A stretch of DNA of 58,969 bases, the filler included. It is 6 parts of 6 records of this genome, joined end to end, with 100 filler letters (N's around TTAATTAATTAA, not from the genome) between each part and the next. Parts side by side here need not be neighbours in the genome. Positions count along the whole stretch, not along the records: positions 1 to 7,980 come from SRR31156797_32412; positions 8,081 to 15,003 come from SRR31156797_32451; 4 more parts are not named here. One strand, 5' to 3'. Made by a program: the position numbers and the translations under genes. Numbering within the stretch: the first letter of the stretch is position 1; every line of letters starts with the position of its first letter. The notes beneath the pieces were generated by a model. That model saw only the letters and a list, made by a program, of their open reading frames with translations, was not told the origin of the DNA and did not search any database. Below are positions 1 to 9,864 of this stretch, piece after piece.

Positions 1-1
1 T

Positions 2-433
2 GAAGATTACTCTCAAATTGCAGGTTTTGAAGCCGGTGGCGATGATTATATTACCAAACCTATCAAACCAAAAGTTTTAATTAGCCGAGTAAAAGCTTTA
101 CTAAAGAGATACAAAGCAGGTAAAAGTGATGATTCCAGCGATAGCGAAAATGTAATTGAAATCGCTGATTTAGTTATCGATAAAGAAAAATATGTTGTGA
201 TAAAAAACGACGAAGAAATGGTGTTGCCGAGAAAAGAATTTGAACTTTTAGCACTATTAGCCTCAAAAAAGAACAAAGTATTTACACGCGATGAAATATA
301 CAATGCTGTATGGGGAGACAACATTATTGTGGGCGATCGCACTATTGATGTGCACATCAGAAAGCTTAGAGAAAAGATTGGAAATGAACTAATTAAAACT
401 ATCAAAGGAGTAGGATATAAGTTTGTAGTATAG
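2..433 (+). CDS. OmpR/PhoB-family response regulator, 5'-truncated
   Basis: Frame is open from position 2 and reads EDYSQIAGFEAGGDDYITKP (end of receiver domain). The winged helix LPRKEFELL...RTIDVHIRKLREKIG...IKTIKGVGY follows. Confidence 0.92.
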   Translation, partial: EDYSQIAGFEAGGDDYITKPIKPKVLISRVKALLKRYKAGKSDDSSDSENVIEIADLVIDKEKYVVIKNDEEMVLPRKEFELLALLASKKNKVFTRDEIYNAVWGDNIIVGDRTIDVHIRKLREKIGNELIKTIKGVGYKFVV

Positions 434-506
434 AAATTTTATATCTCATAACTAGTTGGTTTAAAAGAAAACCCCGCTAAAATAGGGTCAGATCAACATT
501 CTTACA

Positions 507-514
507 TAAATTTG
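507..514 (+). promoter_or_regulatory. Possible Bacteroidota -7 promoter element (TAnnTTTG)
   Basis: TAAATTTG lies about 30 nt upstream of the aspA start. No clear -33 TTTG was found. Confidence 0.4.
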
Positions 515-541
515 CTTGGAGTAAGTAAACTCATTTAGCAA

Positions 542-1981
542 ATGATTATGAGAACTGAAAAAGACTTTTTGGGTACCAAAAAAATTGAAGATCAGGCATT
601 ATATGGTATCCATGCACTCAGAGCACGAGAGAACTTCCCAGGCAACTCCAGGTTTAATAAAAACTGGTATAAAGCTATGGGCATAGTTAAGCATTCCTGC
701 TACCTTACATATGAGAAGTATTCACAAGCCATCAATAAAAAATACGGTACAAGCACTCCAATAAAACTTATTGAAAAGGAAAAAATCACCTTACTTCAAA
801 ATGCATCTTTAAAAATTGCAAATGGTGAATATTTCGATCATTTTATAGTCCCAGCTGTTCAGGGTGGCGCAGGTACTAGTATCAACATGAATATCAATGA
901 AATAATTACTAACCTATCATTAATTGAAGCTGGCAAAAAAGCAGGAGATTATAAATTTATTGATCCAATAGAGCATGCTAATATTTTTCAATCTACCAAC
1001 GATACGGTTCCAACGGCACTGAAAGTTGCCGTTATGAAATTATTGGAAGAATTAGAAGAAAACGTAAATAGCTCACGCAACCAAATTGAAGCCCTGGAAG
1101 GGAAATACCGGGATGCCATGCGAGTGGCTTACACGCAATTGCAGCAGGCAGTTCCCACATCATACGGAAAAATGTTCAGTGCTTATAGTGATGCACTTTC
1201 AAGAGATTGGTGGAGGGTATCAAAATGTGCAGAACGAATTAAGGTTGTTAACCTGGGTGGTAGTGCCATTGGAAGTGGAATAACTGTCCCAACTTATTTT
1301 ATTATGGAGGTGGTTCCAACTTTACAAAAGCTTACAGGGCTTCCAATAACACGTGGCGAAAATATGATGGATGCCACCAGCAACATGGATAGTTTTGTTG
1401 AAATACATGCTACGTTAAAAGCTCACGCTGTTAATCTGGAAAAATTAGCCAACGATATTCGTTTGCTTTCATCGGATATTTCGAACCATTCAGAATTCAA
1501 AATTTCAGAACGGCAGGCAGGTAGCTCAATCATGCCAGGAAAAATTAACCCTGTCATTTCAGAGTTTATTATTAGCTCAGCGCATAAAGTTTATGCCAAT
1601 GATCAACTAATCAGCTCACTTTCCGGTCAGGGGCAGCTAGAGTTAAATGCATACATTCCTCAAATTGGAGATGCTATTTTAGATTCCCTGGAACTGCTTA
1701 TCAACGCCAATCAATCAATGGCTGAATATTTACTTAAAGGGATTACTATTGATTCACAGGAAGCAACAGAAAAACTTTACGAAAGTCCTTCAATTTGCAC
1801 TGCCCTAATCCCTTACATTGGTTATCATAAATCAGGTGATTTGGCAAAACATATGCACGACCATGGGGTTAGTATTTTCGAAGCAAATGAAAAGCTTCAA
1901 TTGATAGAGAAAAATAAACTAAAACAGATAACCGAACCATCCAATCTGTTAAAACTAGGCTACAAACCAAGCGATTTATAA
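542..1981 (+). CDS. aspA: Aspartate ammonia-lyase (fumarase/aspartase superfamily)
   Basis: RTEKDFLG, YGIHALRARENF, QGGAGTSINMN, QSTND, TQLQQAVP and the signature GSSIMPGKINPV. Confidence 0.88.
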   Translation: MIMRTEKDFLGTKKIEDQALYGIHALRARENFPGNSRFNKNWYKAMGIVKHSCYLTYEKYSQAINKKYGTSTPIKLIEKEKITLLQNASLKIANGEYFDHFIVPAVQGGAGTSINMNINEIITNLSLIEAGKKAGDYKFIDPIEHANIFQSTNDTVPTALKVAVMKLLEELEENVNSSRNQIEALEGKYRDAMRVAYTQLQQAVPTSYGKMFSAYSDALSRDWWRVSKCAERIKVVNLGGSAIGSGITVPTYFIMEVVPTLQKLTGLPITRGENMMDATSNMDSFVEIHATLKAHAVNLEKLANDIRLLSSDISNHSEFKISERQAGSSIMPGKINPVISEFIISSAHKVYANDQLISSLSGQGQLELNAYIPQIGDAILDSLELLINANQSMAEYLLKGITIDSQEATEKLYESPSICTALIPYIGYHKSGDLAKHMHDHGVSIFEANEKLQLIEKNKLKQITEPSNLLKLGYKPSDL

Positions 1982-1983
1982 AA

Positions 1984-3213
1984 ATGCAGAAAGGAAAAGC
2001 ATCTACACCACATATCGGAATTTATGGAAGAAGAAACAATGGTAAAAGTTCTTTGATTAACCAACTGGCTGGACAAGACATTGCCATAGTATCTGACTTT
2101 GCAGGAACTACGACAGATCCTGTTAAAAAATCATTTGAGATTACTGGATTTGGGCCTGTAGTGCTTATTGATACAGCTGGAATAGATGATGAAGGTGACT
2201 TGGGACAAAAGCGCATTGCTAAAACAAAAGCTTCTATTAAAAATATTGACCTTGGAATTATTGTCATTACAAATAATCAATTTGGAGAATTTGAAGAAAC
2301 AATCATTGCTTCATTTAATAAAAATGACACCCCGTTTTTTATTGTCCATAACAAAACCGATGAAGCAGAATTGAAAACTGAGTTAGCTCAAAAATTGCAA
2401 GACAAATATAACTGTAAGGTAATCCCACACAGCACATTTTCAAGCGGTCAGGCTGAAATGATTATTGATACAATAAAAAAAACAATACCTGAGTCTGCCT
2501 ACTCTACCCCATCACTTGTGGGCGATTTAGTACAATATGGAGATATCGTACTCCTCATCACTCCCATCGACATTGAAGCGCCAGAAGGAAGACTCATATT
2601 ACCTCAGGTACAAGCAATTCGAGACATTCTGGACAATGATGCCATATGTATAGTATTAAAAGAACGAGAGGTAGATGCATTTCTGAAGAAAACAGGCATC
2701 AAGCCGGCACTGGCGATTACCGACAGTCAAATATTTACTAAAGCAGATGCATCCATTCCAAGAGATATTCCACTCACCAGCTTTAGTATTGTATTGGCAC
2801 GTTTCAAAGGAGATTTTGATGCTTATTTGCAAGGCACACCAAAGCTTGGTGAATTAAAGAACGGCGATCGTATTTTACTACTGGAATCATGTACACACCA
2901 TGTGGCTTGTGATGATATTGGCCGTGTAAAGATTCCCCGATGGATATCAGCCTTTACCGGCAAAGAGCATGAGTACGATGTAGTCGCCGGACTAAATGAT
3001 TTACCCCGCCCCATTACTGACTATGCGATTGTTATACAATGCGGTGGCTGCATGATTACCCGCAAGCAACTCATCAACAGACTCAGACCAGCTATTGAAG
3101 CTGGCATTCCTGTTACCAATTACGGAATGGCCATTGCCTATGTGCAAGGGATTTACCAAAGAGCGGTTGCTCCTTTTACAAAACAGGAAGATAGTAGTGT
3201 GGATTATTTGTAA
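1984..3213 (+). CDS. hydF: [FeFe]-hydrogenase H-cluster maturation GTPase HydF
   Basis: P-loop GRRNNGKS, GTTTDPV, DTAG, NKTD, APEGRLILPQVQ, ITDSQ, and the Fe-S motif CTHH...QCGGCM followed by TNYG. Confidence 0.95.
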   Translation: MQKGKASTPHIGIYGRRNNGKSSLINQLAGQDIAIVSDFAGTTTDPVKKSFEITGFGPVVLIDTAGIDDEGDLGQKRIAKTKASIKNIDLGIIVITNNQFGEFEETIIASFNKNDTPFFIVHNKTDEAELKTELAQKLQDKYNCKVIPHSTFSSGQAEMIIDTIKKTIPESAYSTPSLVGDLVQYGDIVLLITPIDIEAPEGRLILPQVQAIRDILDNDAICIVLKEREVDAFLKKTGIKPALAITDSQIFTKADASIPRDIPLTSFSIVLARFKGDFDAYLQGTPKLGELKNGDRILLLESCTHHVACDDIGRVKIPRWISAFTGKEHEYDVVAGLNDLPRPITDYAIVIQCGGCMITRKQLINRLRPAIEAGIPVTNYGMAIAYVQGIYQRAVAPFTKQEDSSVDYL

Positions 3214-3224
3214 AATATTTCCAG

Positions 3225-4703
3225 ATGCGCTTAATAATTCTTATACTGCTCATTAATACTTGCTTATTAATCCATGCACAAACCCCGCAACTCAACGCAA
3301 CAAAATACCATATTTACAAAGAAAAGCTCGAGACCTACTTCCTCATAAAAAAGGATCCGCTCACCTTTCCACATTATGGCACTTATATTCCGGCACATAA
3401 AAGAAATCCATTCCCGGGATTTCCAAATTCAGGAGAAATACATTGGACAGACGCAGGCCACACTATTGGCTTTTATTTGGCTACTCTCGCTACAGAATAT
3501 GCAATTCATGAAACAAAAAATAATGATAAAGCCAAAGAGGAATGCCTCACTGATATTGTAAATGTGCTACGCACCATTGAGCGGCTCGATTACCTGGCAG
3601 AAATCAGATATGATGTAGGTGCTGAAAAGTTGCTAAAAACAAAAGATTCACTCATTATTCCTTATCCTTACCCTAAAGGAAGCCTTAATGGATTTTTCAT
3701 TAGAGACGATATCTCAAGAATTAAAATATTTACAGACAGCGCGCCTGAATACTGGCAAAAAAAAGGCATTAAAACGTATGAGCAAACGCCATTAATTTCT
3801 TCCGATTATGGAAACCATGGGGAAATGAGTCAGGATCAGGTCTGGAATTACTTACAAGGCCTCGCATTAACGCAAAAACTTGTAAAAAGTGACCAAAAAT
3901 TTATGGATGGTGAAGGTGAATATGTAACACCGGATTATTGGGCTCAAAAAATTACATATCGCATTGCGCGTGCAATGCAAACTAAAGCTATTATAAAAAT
4001 ATTTGGCATTGAAATACCTATAAATGTATGGTCAATTGTTAATCCGGCCACAGGTAAAATTGTAAAGCGCGGAGGTAAACCAATAGATCTCATATTTAAT
4101 TCCCGGCTTTTTGGCTATGCCATGAATCAAATTACAGAAAAGAAGTTTGGTGACTTACGTTATGGTTTACGACCCAAACTAAAGCTAAAACTACCTCTCC
4201 CAGGCTATAAACACTTTAACGACCATGCAAAGTTTGCACTGGCAACGATTAGCAAAAGGCAATATGCCCAAACATTTGATGAATTGCTCTATTGGAGTAA
4301 ACGCTGCGCCAGGAAATATAACAAAGGAATGGATAAAAGTTATCAAAAATACACCTACGTACATTTCCCATTGATGTACATCATTTTGCACAATCCCCAA
4401 ATTGATTTCAAAAAACCTGCTTATGAAGATTTAATTTCCTACATAGAGCTTAGACTCAATCAGGCTCCAAAAGAAGGGCAATGGAGAAGTCTTTATGATT
4501 TTAACAATGATGGAATAATCAACAAATTTGACCATCCTGAACCATTTTGGTCAGCGGGAAAAAGACTGGTAAAACCTGTGGGAAAAGATTATGTCATTAA
4601 TAAAAATGACCCTGCCACAAAACCCTGGGAATATAACGGGTTAGATTATATGCTGCTATATAATTTATACGAATTGGTGAGATTGAAAATTCTAAAACCT
4701 TAG
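3225..4703 (+). CDS. Secreted hypothetical protein (492 aa)
   Basis: Long ORF with a signal peptide (MRLIILILLINTCLLIHA-Q) and an EF-hand/dockerin-like loop DFNNDGIINKFD near the C-terminus. No family confidently recognised. Confidence 0.75.
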   Translation: MRLIILILLINTCLLIHAQTPQLNATKYHIYKEKLETYFLIKKDPLTFPHYGTYIPAHKRNPFPGFPNSGEIHWTDAGHTIGFYLATLATEYAIHETKNNDKAKEECLTDIVNVLRTIERLDYLAEIRYDVGAEKLLKTKDSLIIPYPYPKGSLNGFFIRDDISRIKIFTDSAPEYWQKKGIKTYEQTPLISSDYGNHGEMSQDQVWNYLQGLALTQKLVKSDQKFMDGEGEYVTPDYWAQKITYRIARAMQTKAIIKIFGIEIPINVWSIVNPATGKIVKRGGKPIDLIFNSRLFGYAMNQITEKKFGDLRYGLRPKLKLKLPLPGYKHFNDHAKFALATISKRQYAQTFDELLYWSKRCARKYNKGMDKSYQKYTYVHFPLMYIILHNPQIDFKKPAYEDLISYIELRLNQAPKEGQWRSLYDFNNDGIINKFDHPEPFWSAGKRLVKPVGKDYVINKNDPATKPWEYNGLDYMLLYNLYELVRLKILKP

Positions 4704-5795
4704 TTCAAGACCGATCTCAATGGCATAAGCATCAGGTATTGTACTATTTCTAAAACCCAAATGCTCGTAATCTACAAGAATTTTGCTGCCTTTATGAAAA
4801 TGATAAGCAATTCCACCAATAAAGCGTTGGTTTCTTCTGGTTCCACTATTATAAAGAAGTATTTGATCGTCATATCTGCCAAATAAGCTCCATTTTGATT
4901 TGAAGAATTTCATTTCGCCAAAGGCTGAATATCCATATTGAGGAACAGCACTAAAAGAAATTGTATCTTGAATAGCAGAACCGCCTGAATTACCTTTACC
5001 CTCATAGGTTTCAAATGTTAACACAGAAAAAGGAGTTTCAAAAGATAAATATGCAGATTGATAATGCCAATGCGGTTCTTGTTCAATGTTTCCATTTCCA
5101 TAGGCACCATGATAAGTAAACTGTAAACCTGGAATTATCGCTGGAAATGGTCTCAAAGAAAGTCTACCTTCCAATGTTTTCGATACATTTTTTTCCAACG
5201 CATGATATCCACCACCATTAAATACACCAACTGAAAAACTTCCGTACTTACCAGCAAACTTATTATTTACTCGTTTTTTGTAGTTATCATCCATCTCACC
5301 GCCTAACATTGTCATAAATACAACACCAAAATCAGCAGAATTAAGTATGCGATTTCGTTCTAAAAACATTGTTCCTTGTACCCTATATTGATTGATGTTT
5401 TGTTCAAAATCAAGCCAGGGTCTATGTACTAATCCAAACTCAAAATAAGGTTTATGAAAAAAGAGAATATCATTGATCTTATATTTCAGATACAAATATT
5501 TAAGGCGAATCTCTATATCACCTTCACCATCGCCTTCCTCGTCAACTGTTATGTCTGTTGTAATACGTCCTGATAGGTTTTCACTAATGCCTTTTTTAAT
5601 ATTTACATAACCTCGCTTTAGTGTAAACTCATTAAAAGCTTCATCATCTCTTTCCCCAAACCTCTCAGCCAAAAACCATTGCATGTCCACTGAAAAATCT
5701 TTCCTTAAAAGAGAATCTATTTTTGACATCCAGGGTTGTGAAAAAGAAAAAGATGCAGTTAGAGCTAAAATGAATAGAACAAATATTTTTTTCAT
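4692..5795 (-). CDS. Outer-membrane beta-barrel/porin-like protein (phosphate-selective porin O/P-like)
   Basis: Signal peptide, FTLKRGYVN and RLKYLYL strands, GRLSLRP, FGRYD, alternating beta-strand pattern and C-terminal Phe (IGLELRF). Confidence 0.72.
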   Translation of the reverse strand: MKKIFVLFILALTASFSFSQPWMSKIDSLLRKDFSVDMQWFLAERFGERDDEAFNEFTLKRGYVNIKKGISENLSGRITTDITVDEEGDGEGDIEIRLKYLYLKYKINDILFFHKPYFEFGLVHRPWLDFEQNINQYRVQGTMFLERNRILNSADFGVVFMTMLGGEMDDNYKKRVNNKFAGKYGSFSVGVFNGGGYHALEKNVSKTLEGRLSLRPFPAIIPGLQFTYHGAYGNGNIEQEPHWHYQSAYLSFETPFSVLTFETYEGKGNSGGSAIQDTISFSAVPQYGYSAFGEMKFFKSKWSLFGRYDDQILLYNSGTRRNQRFIGGIAYHFHKGSKILVDYEHLGFRNSTIPDAYAIEIGLELRF

Positions 5796-5874
5796 TTTTT
5801 ATAGCGGTTGATTTTGGAAATTTCAGGCAAGTATAATAAAATTTAACAGGTTATTCACAAAAAGAACTTCGAAA

Positions 5875-5904
5875 TAATAAAAAGCCACCCATAAAGGTGG
5901 CTTT
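5875..5904 (-). terminator. Rho-independent terminator
   Basis: AAAGCCACC-cataaa-GGTGGCTTT hairpin with a U-rich tail on the minus strand, downstream of the 5947 gene. Confidence 0.8.
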
Positions 5905-5946
5905 CAGCTTGTAATCATTTTAAAATTGAGTAACCCCTGTTCCTGA

Positions 5947-7980
5947 TTAATCTAATTCAGGAATTCGTCCTGGTGTCCATGGTGCTCCTATTTTATCTAA
6001 CTCTTGCTTAAGAGCTGGTATCTTTTCATCTGCAATCTTTTTCAATTTTTCAACTACAGGAGGGAATAATTCTTTCATTATTTCATATTGCTCCTTCGCA
6101 GTTCCTGTAATATCAGAAGTTGAACTATAATGCATCCAGGCTAAATTACTCATACGTCTCATCAAAGGTAATTTAGCTGGTGGTACCTCTTCCCAGCTTG
6201 CTTTTGCATCAACGCCATGAATCTCAAACCTAATTTCCTCAAGTTCTTCAGCAACTTTGCGAGCTTGATCAGCTAGTTCTTTGGTTGAATTTGGTGCAGC
6301 ATAAATGGCTTGTTGTATCGTTGCAACTTCCTTAATCAGTTCCTTATTCATATTATTTGCACCTGATACAGCTCCATACATTTTCATTACTTTATCCATA
6401 AATGCAACCATACCTTCGCGATCCTGAGCTGGTAGTGTTGTATTTTTCAATGGTACAACATTAAACTCAACAGGTCCGGCTAATTCAGTAATCACATCAT
6501 CATCCCACATTGCAAGTTCAACTGAATATTTGCCAGGAGCTGCCATAACCCCTGCACCTCCGGTTTTCATCGGGTCAAAATTATCAGTAGGGCGCAATGG
6601 ATATTTTGCAGTATATCGCAAATCCCAGTTAATTCTGTTCATACCTGAAGAAGGTGCTTTGTTGATTTTACGTACAACTTCACCGGATGCATTTTTTATG
6701 GTAAAAATCAGGTGTGCACTTTCTTCCAATTCCTCCATTTCCAGTTCTCTCCATGTAGGCTGAGGGATGCGCTCTCCATCTTTGAAAAGCTTTTTCTCTT
6801 TTTTGCGTCTGATTTGTTGCATAGTTTTTGGCGCTTTCTTTAAATAATATGTAAATACAGCACCATACTCTGGGTTTTTTGCATAATAGTAATCTTCACC
6901 CTGATTATATCTACTTCGAGTTTGCACATATTGCAATGCATCCGGAACTTCAAATAAATATGCATCGGTTTTTAATAGTTCTTCAGTTAGCGAACGAAGT
7001 GGTGAATAATCATCAATAATATAAAAACCACGACCAAAAGTGGCAATTACCAGGTCATTCTCACGTGGCTGAATAGTCATATCCATTACAGCAATAGTTG
7101 GCAAACCTTTACTCATTTTATGCCATTTTTGTCCGCCATTCAGACTAAAATAAGCTGTAAACTCCGTACCCAAGAACATTAATTCTTTCTTTTTGTGATC
7201 CTGCACAATTGTATGAACTGAACCATTATCAGCTAATCCTTCAGTAATCGGAGTCCAAGTTTTTCCTTTATCAGTACTTTTTAATACATAAGGTTTAAAA
7301 TCATCTCGCTTGTGATTATTGAAAGTTGCATATACCACATTAGCATCATAATTATCAGCCAATAAATCACTTACATAAGTATATTCCGGCACATTTGGGA
7401 AGGAACTTATCTTTGTCCAGCTCTCACCATCATTTTCAGTTACCTGAATCACACCATCGTCTGTTCCAATATAAATTAAACCTTTTTGCAGTGGAGATTC
7501 ACTCAATGAAACAATAGTTCCGAATTGAGACGTTGAAACATCTTTTTTAACAGCTTCAGCGCTCCAGTACTTATCCATTACTTTCCAGGTATTGCGATCA
7601 ATTTGAGCAGTTAAGTCATCACTAATAACTTTCCAGCTATTACCTCTATCGGTAGATTTAAATACCTTATTTGCTGCACAATACAACGTTTTATGATCAT
7701 GATGACTTAAAACCAGTGGAGTATTCCAGTTCCATTTATAAGCCAGGTCATCTTTACCTTCTAATGGCTTAATTTTTACTGTCTCTTCTGATTTTTTATC
7801 GTAACGATACATGTTACCATATTGATATTCAGTATAAACAATATTAGGATCAGTTGGATCAATAGCAGCAAAAAATCCATCACCACCCATGGTTACAAAC
7901 CAATCATCATTTTTAATACCTCTACCTGCAGTAGTTTGAGATGGACCACCCATTGAATTATTATCCTGTGTTCCTCCATA
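5947..7980 (-). CDS. BNR/Asp-box (VPS10/sortilin-like) repeat glycosyl hydrolase-like protein, 5'-truncated
   Basis: Repeated Asp-boxes (KSTDRGNSW, TENDGESW, KSTDKGKTW, SLNGGQKW), YGGTQDN, GGDGF, ATFGRGF. The frame is open to the contig end. Confidence 0.88.
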   Translation of the reverse strand, partial: YGGTQDNNSMGGPSQTTAGRGIKNDDWFVTMGGDGFFAAIDPTDPNIVYTEYQYGNMYRYDKKSEETVKIKPLEGKDDLAYKWNWNTPLVLSHHDHKTLYCAANKVFKSTDRGNSWKVISDDLTAQIDRNTWKVMDKYWSAEAVKKDVSTSQFGTIVSLSESPLQKGLIYIGTDDGVIQVTENDGESWTKISSFPNVPEYTYVSDLLADNYDANVVYATFNNHKRDDFKPYVLKSTDKGKTWTPITEGLADNGSVHTIVQDHKKKELMFLGTEFTAYFSLNGGQKWHKMSKGLPTIAVMDMTIQPRENDLVIATFGRGFYIIDDYSPLRSLTEELLKTDAYLFEVPDALQYVQTRSRYNQGEDYYYAKNPEYGAVFTYYLKKAPKTMQQIRRKKEKKLFKDGERIPQPTWRELEMEELEESAHLIFTIKNASGEVVRKINKAPSSGMNRINWDLRYTAKYPLRPTDNFDPMKTGGAGVMAAPGKYSVELAMWDDDVITELAGPVEFNVVPLKNTTLPAQDREGMVAFMDKVMKMYGAVSGANNMNKELIKEVATIQQAIYAAPNSTKELADQARKVAEELEEIRFEIHGVDAKASWEEVPPAKLPLMRRMSNLAWMHYSSTSDITGTAKEQYEIMKELFPPVVEKLKKIADEKIPALKQELDKIGAPWTPGRIPELD

Positions 7981-8080
7981 NNNNNNNNNNNNNNNNNNNN
8001 NNNNNNNNNNNNNNNNNNNNNNNNTTAATTAATTAANNNNNNNNNNNNNNNNNNNNNNNNNNNNNNNNNNNNNNNNNNNN
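7981..8080. other. Artificial contig spacer
   Basis: 44 N + TTAATTAATTAA (stops in all frames) + 44 N. Confidence 0.99.
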
Positions 8081-8734
8081 TCCCTTGATAAGGGAACCGG
8101 TCACGAAGAGGCGTTGACTGAATTGGAAAGCACAATCAAGACCTTTACCAAGGACGTCGACGCCTTTCAAGATAGAGTGAACAAAGAACGCACTGCCTGG
8201 AAAAACCAGAAAACAGGCAACGGGGCGCTCAAGAAAGCTGTTGAAAGGTTATCATCCTTGGCGGGCGCCAGCCGCGATATGGTCAAGCAGGCGGACCTTG
8301 TCTATAAAACCGCCAGCCGCTTAATCGAAACCTGCGAGAATGATTTTGACGCTCGCGACAGCGATCAGTGGAACAATCGGGACATCACCCGAGCCCGAAA
8401 GCTTGCTGATGAAGCACGACAGAAGGCCGTGGAGCAACTCAAACTGGTGCGATATTTTCACCGGCAAGCCCGTTGGCTCACCGAACGCTTCCCGGAAGCG
8501 GAATATCGAGATGTGGAGGGATTGGTCAAACTTGTTGACCGGGCTGAAATTGAAGAAAACGATTGGAGCCTTACTCCCGGTCGCTATGTCGGCGTGGCCC
8601 CGGAAGAAGAGGACGAAGATTTTGATTTTGAAGAAGCCCTGCGTGAAATCCATGTAGAGCTCGAGGATCTCAACTCCGAAGCCGTTCAATTAGCGGAAAA
8701 GATCAAAAAGAACTTTGAGGAGTTGGGGATATGA
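8081..8734 (+). CDS. hsdM: Type I restriction-modification methyltransferase subunit, C-terminal part
   Basis: Frame is open from the contig start. C-terminal signature EIEENDWSLTPGRYVGV followed by the helical tail FEEALREIHVELEDLN. ATGA overlap with hsdS. Confidence 0.9.
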   Translation, partial: SLDKGTGHEEALTELESTIKTFTKDVDAFQDRVNKERTAWKNQKTGNGALKKAVERLSSLAGASRDMVKQADLVYKTASRLIETCENDFDARDSDQWNNRDITRARKLADEARQKAVEQLKLVRYFHRQARWLTERFPEAEYRDVEGLVKLVDRAEIEENDWSLTPGRYVGVAPEEEDEDFDFEEALREIHVELEDLNSEAVQLAEKIKKNFEELGI

Positions 8735-9864
8735 GTTGGGAATCCATCCTTTTGGGTGATTTTCTTACCCTCAAAAGAGGATATGACCTGCCCAACAAGC
8801 AAAGGAAAGATGGGACGGTCCCTGTTGTTTCTTCCTCTGGCATTACTGGTTGGCACAACATATCAAAAGTTGATGGACCAGGCGTTGTGACTGGTCGATA
8901 CGGAACGCTTGGTGAGGTATACTTCATATCTGATAATTTTTGGCCTCTTAATACAGCTCTATATGTACAGGATTTCAAAGGAAATGACAGGCGATTTGTA
9001 GCCTATTTTTTAAAAAGCATACTAAAAGGCACTACCAGTAACAAAGCCGCTGTTCCAGGTGTCAACCGGAATGACCTGCATCGAAGAAAGGTCGTGGCTA
9101 CGACAAATATACGTTTACAAAAAAGTATTGTTTCAGTCCTCTCAACCTATGATGACCTCATAGTGAACAACCAGCGACGGATTCAGTTACTGGAGCAAGC
9201 AGCGAGGCTGCTCTACAAGGAGTGGTTCGTCCATCTCCGCTTTCCCGGTCACGAACACACAAAAATCAAAGACGGCGTGCCTGAGGGGTGGGAGAGAAAG
9301 AAGATAGGTGATTTCTGTATTGTTGGTCGCGGTGCATCACCAAGACCGATAAAGAATTTCCTGGAAGGTGATGTTCCATGGTTCAAGATAGGTGATGCTA
9401 CTGCATCGGAGAGTCCTTATATCTTCCAAACAGCAGAAAAAGTAACAAAAGATGGTGCATTGAAAAGCGTTTGGTTACAAGAAGGAGAGTTAATCCTTTC
9501 CAATTCAGCTACTTGTGGAATTCCGAATTTTACAGGTGTCAGCGGATGCATTCATGACGGCTGGCTATATTTCAAAAACCTTCATCGACTAGATAAATGG
9601 TTTCTGTATCTTTATTTATGTCATCAGCAGAGAGCCTTACTACAAGGCATAGGTGATGGAGCAACACAGAAAAATCTGAATACATCTTATGTCAGTCACC
9701 AGAAATTGATCATCCCAAAATCAGATAATATTTTAATGGCTTTTACTGAGCTTACAGAACCGCTTTTCGAACAGATTATTAATGTAGCAAGGCAAAACAA
9801 TCAGCTAGGCCAAGCCCGCGACCTCCTCCTGCCAAAACTGATGAACGGGGAACTGACAGTATGA
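8731..9864 (+). CDS. hsdS: Type I RM specificity subunit
   Basis: Two TRDs separated by the conserved spacer YDDLIVNNQRRIQLLEQAARLLYKEWFVHLRFPGHE...VPEGWE. C-terminus ARDLLLPKLMNGEL. Confidence 0.95.
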   Translation: MSWESILLGDFLTLKRGYDLPNKQRKDGTVPVVSSSGITGWHNISKVDGPGVVTGRYGTLGEVYFISDNFWPLNTALYVQDFKGNDRRFVAYFLKSILKGTTSNKAAVPGVNRNDLHRRKVVATTNIRLQKSIVSVLSTYDDLIVNNQRRIQLLEQAARLLYKEWFVHLRFPGHEHTKIKDGVPEGWERKKIGDFCIVGRGASPRPIKNFLEGDVPWFKIGDATASESPYIFQTAEKVTKDGALKSVWLQEGELILSNSATCGIPNFTGVSGCIHDGWLYFKNLHRLDKWFLYLYLCHQQRALLQGIGDGATQKNLNTSYVSHQKLIIPKSDNILMAFTELTEPLFEQIINVARQNNQLGQARDLLLPKLMNGELTV

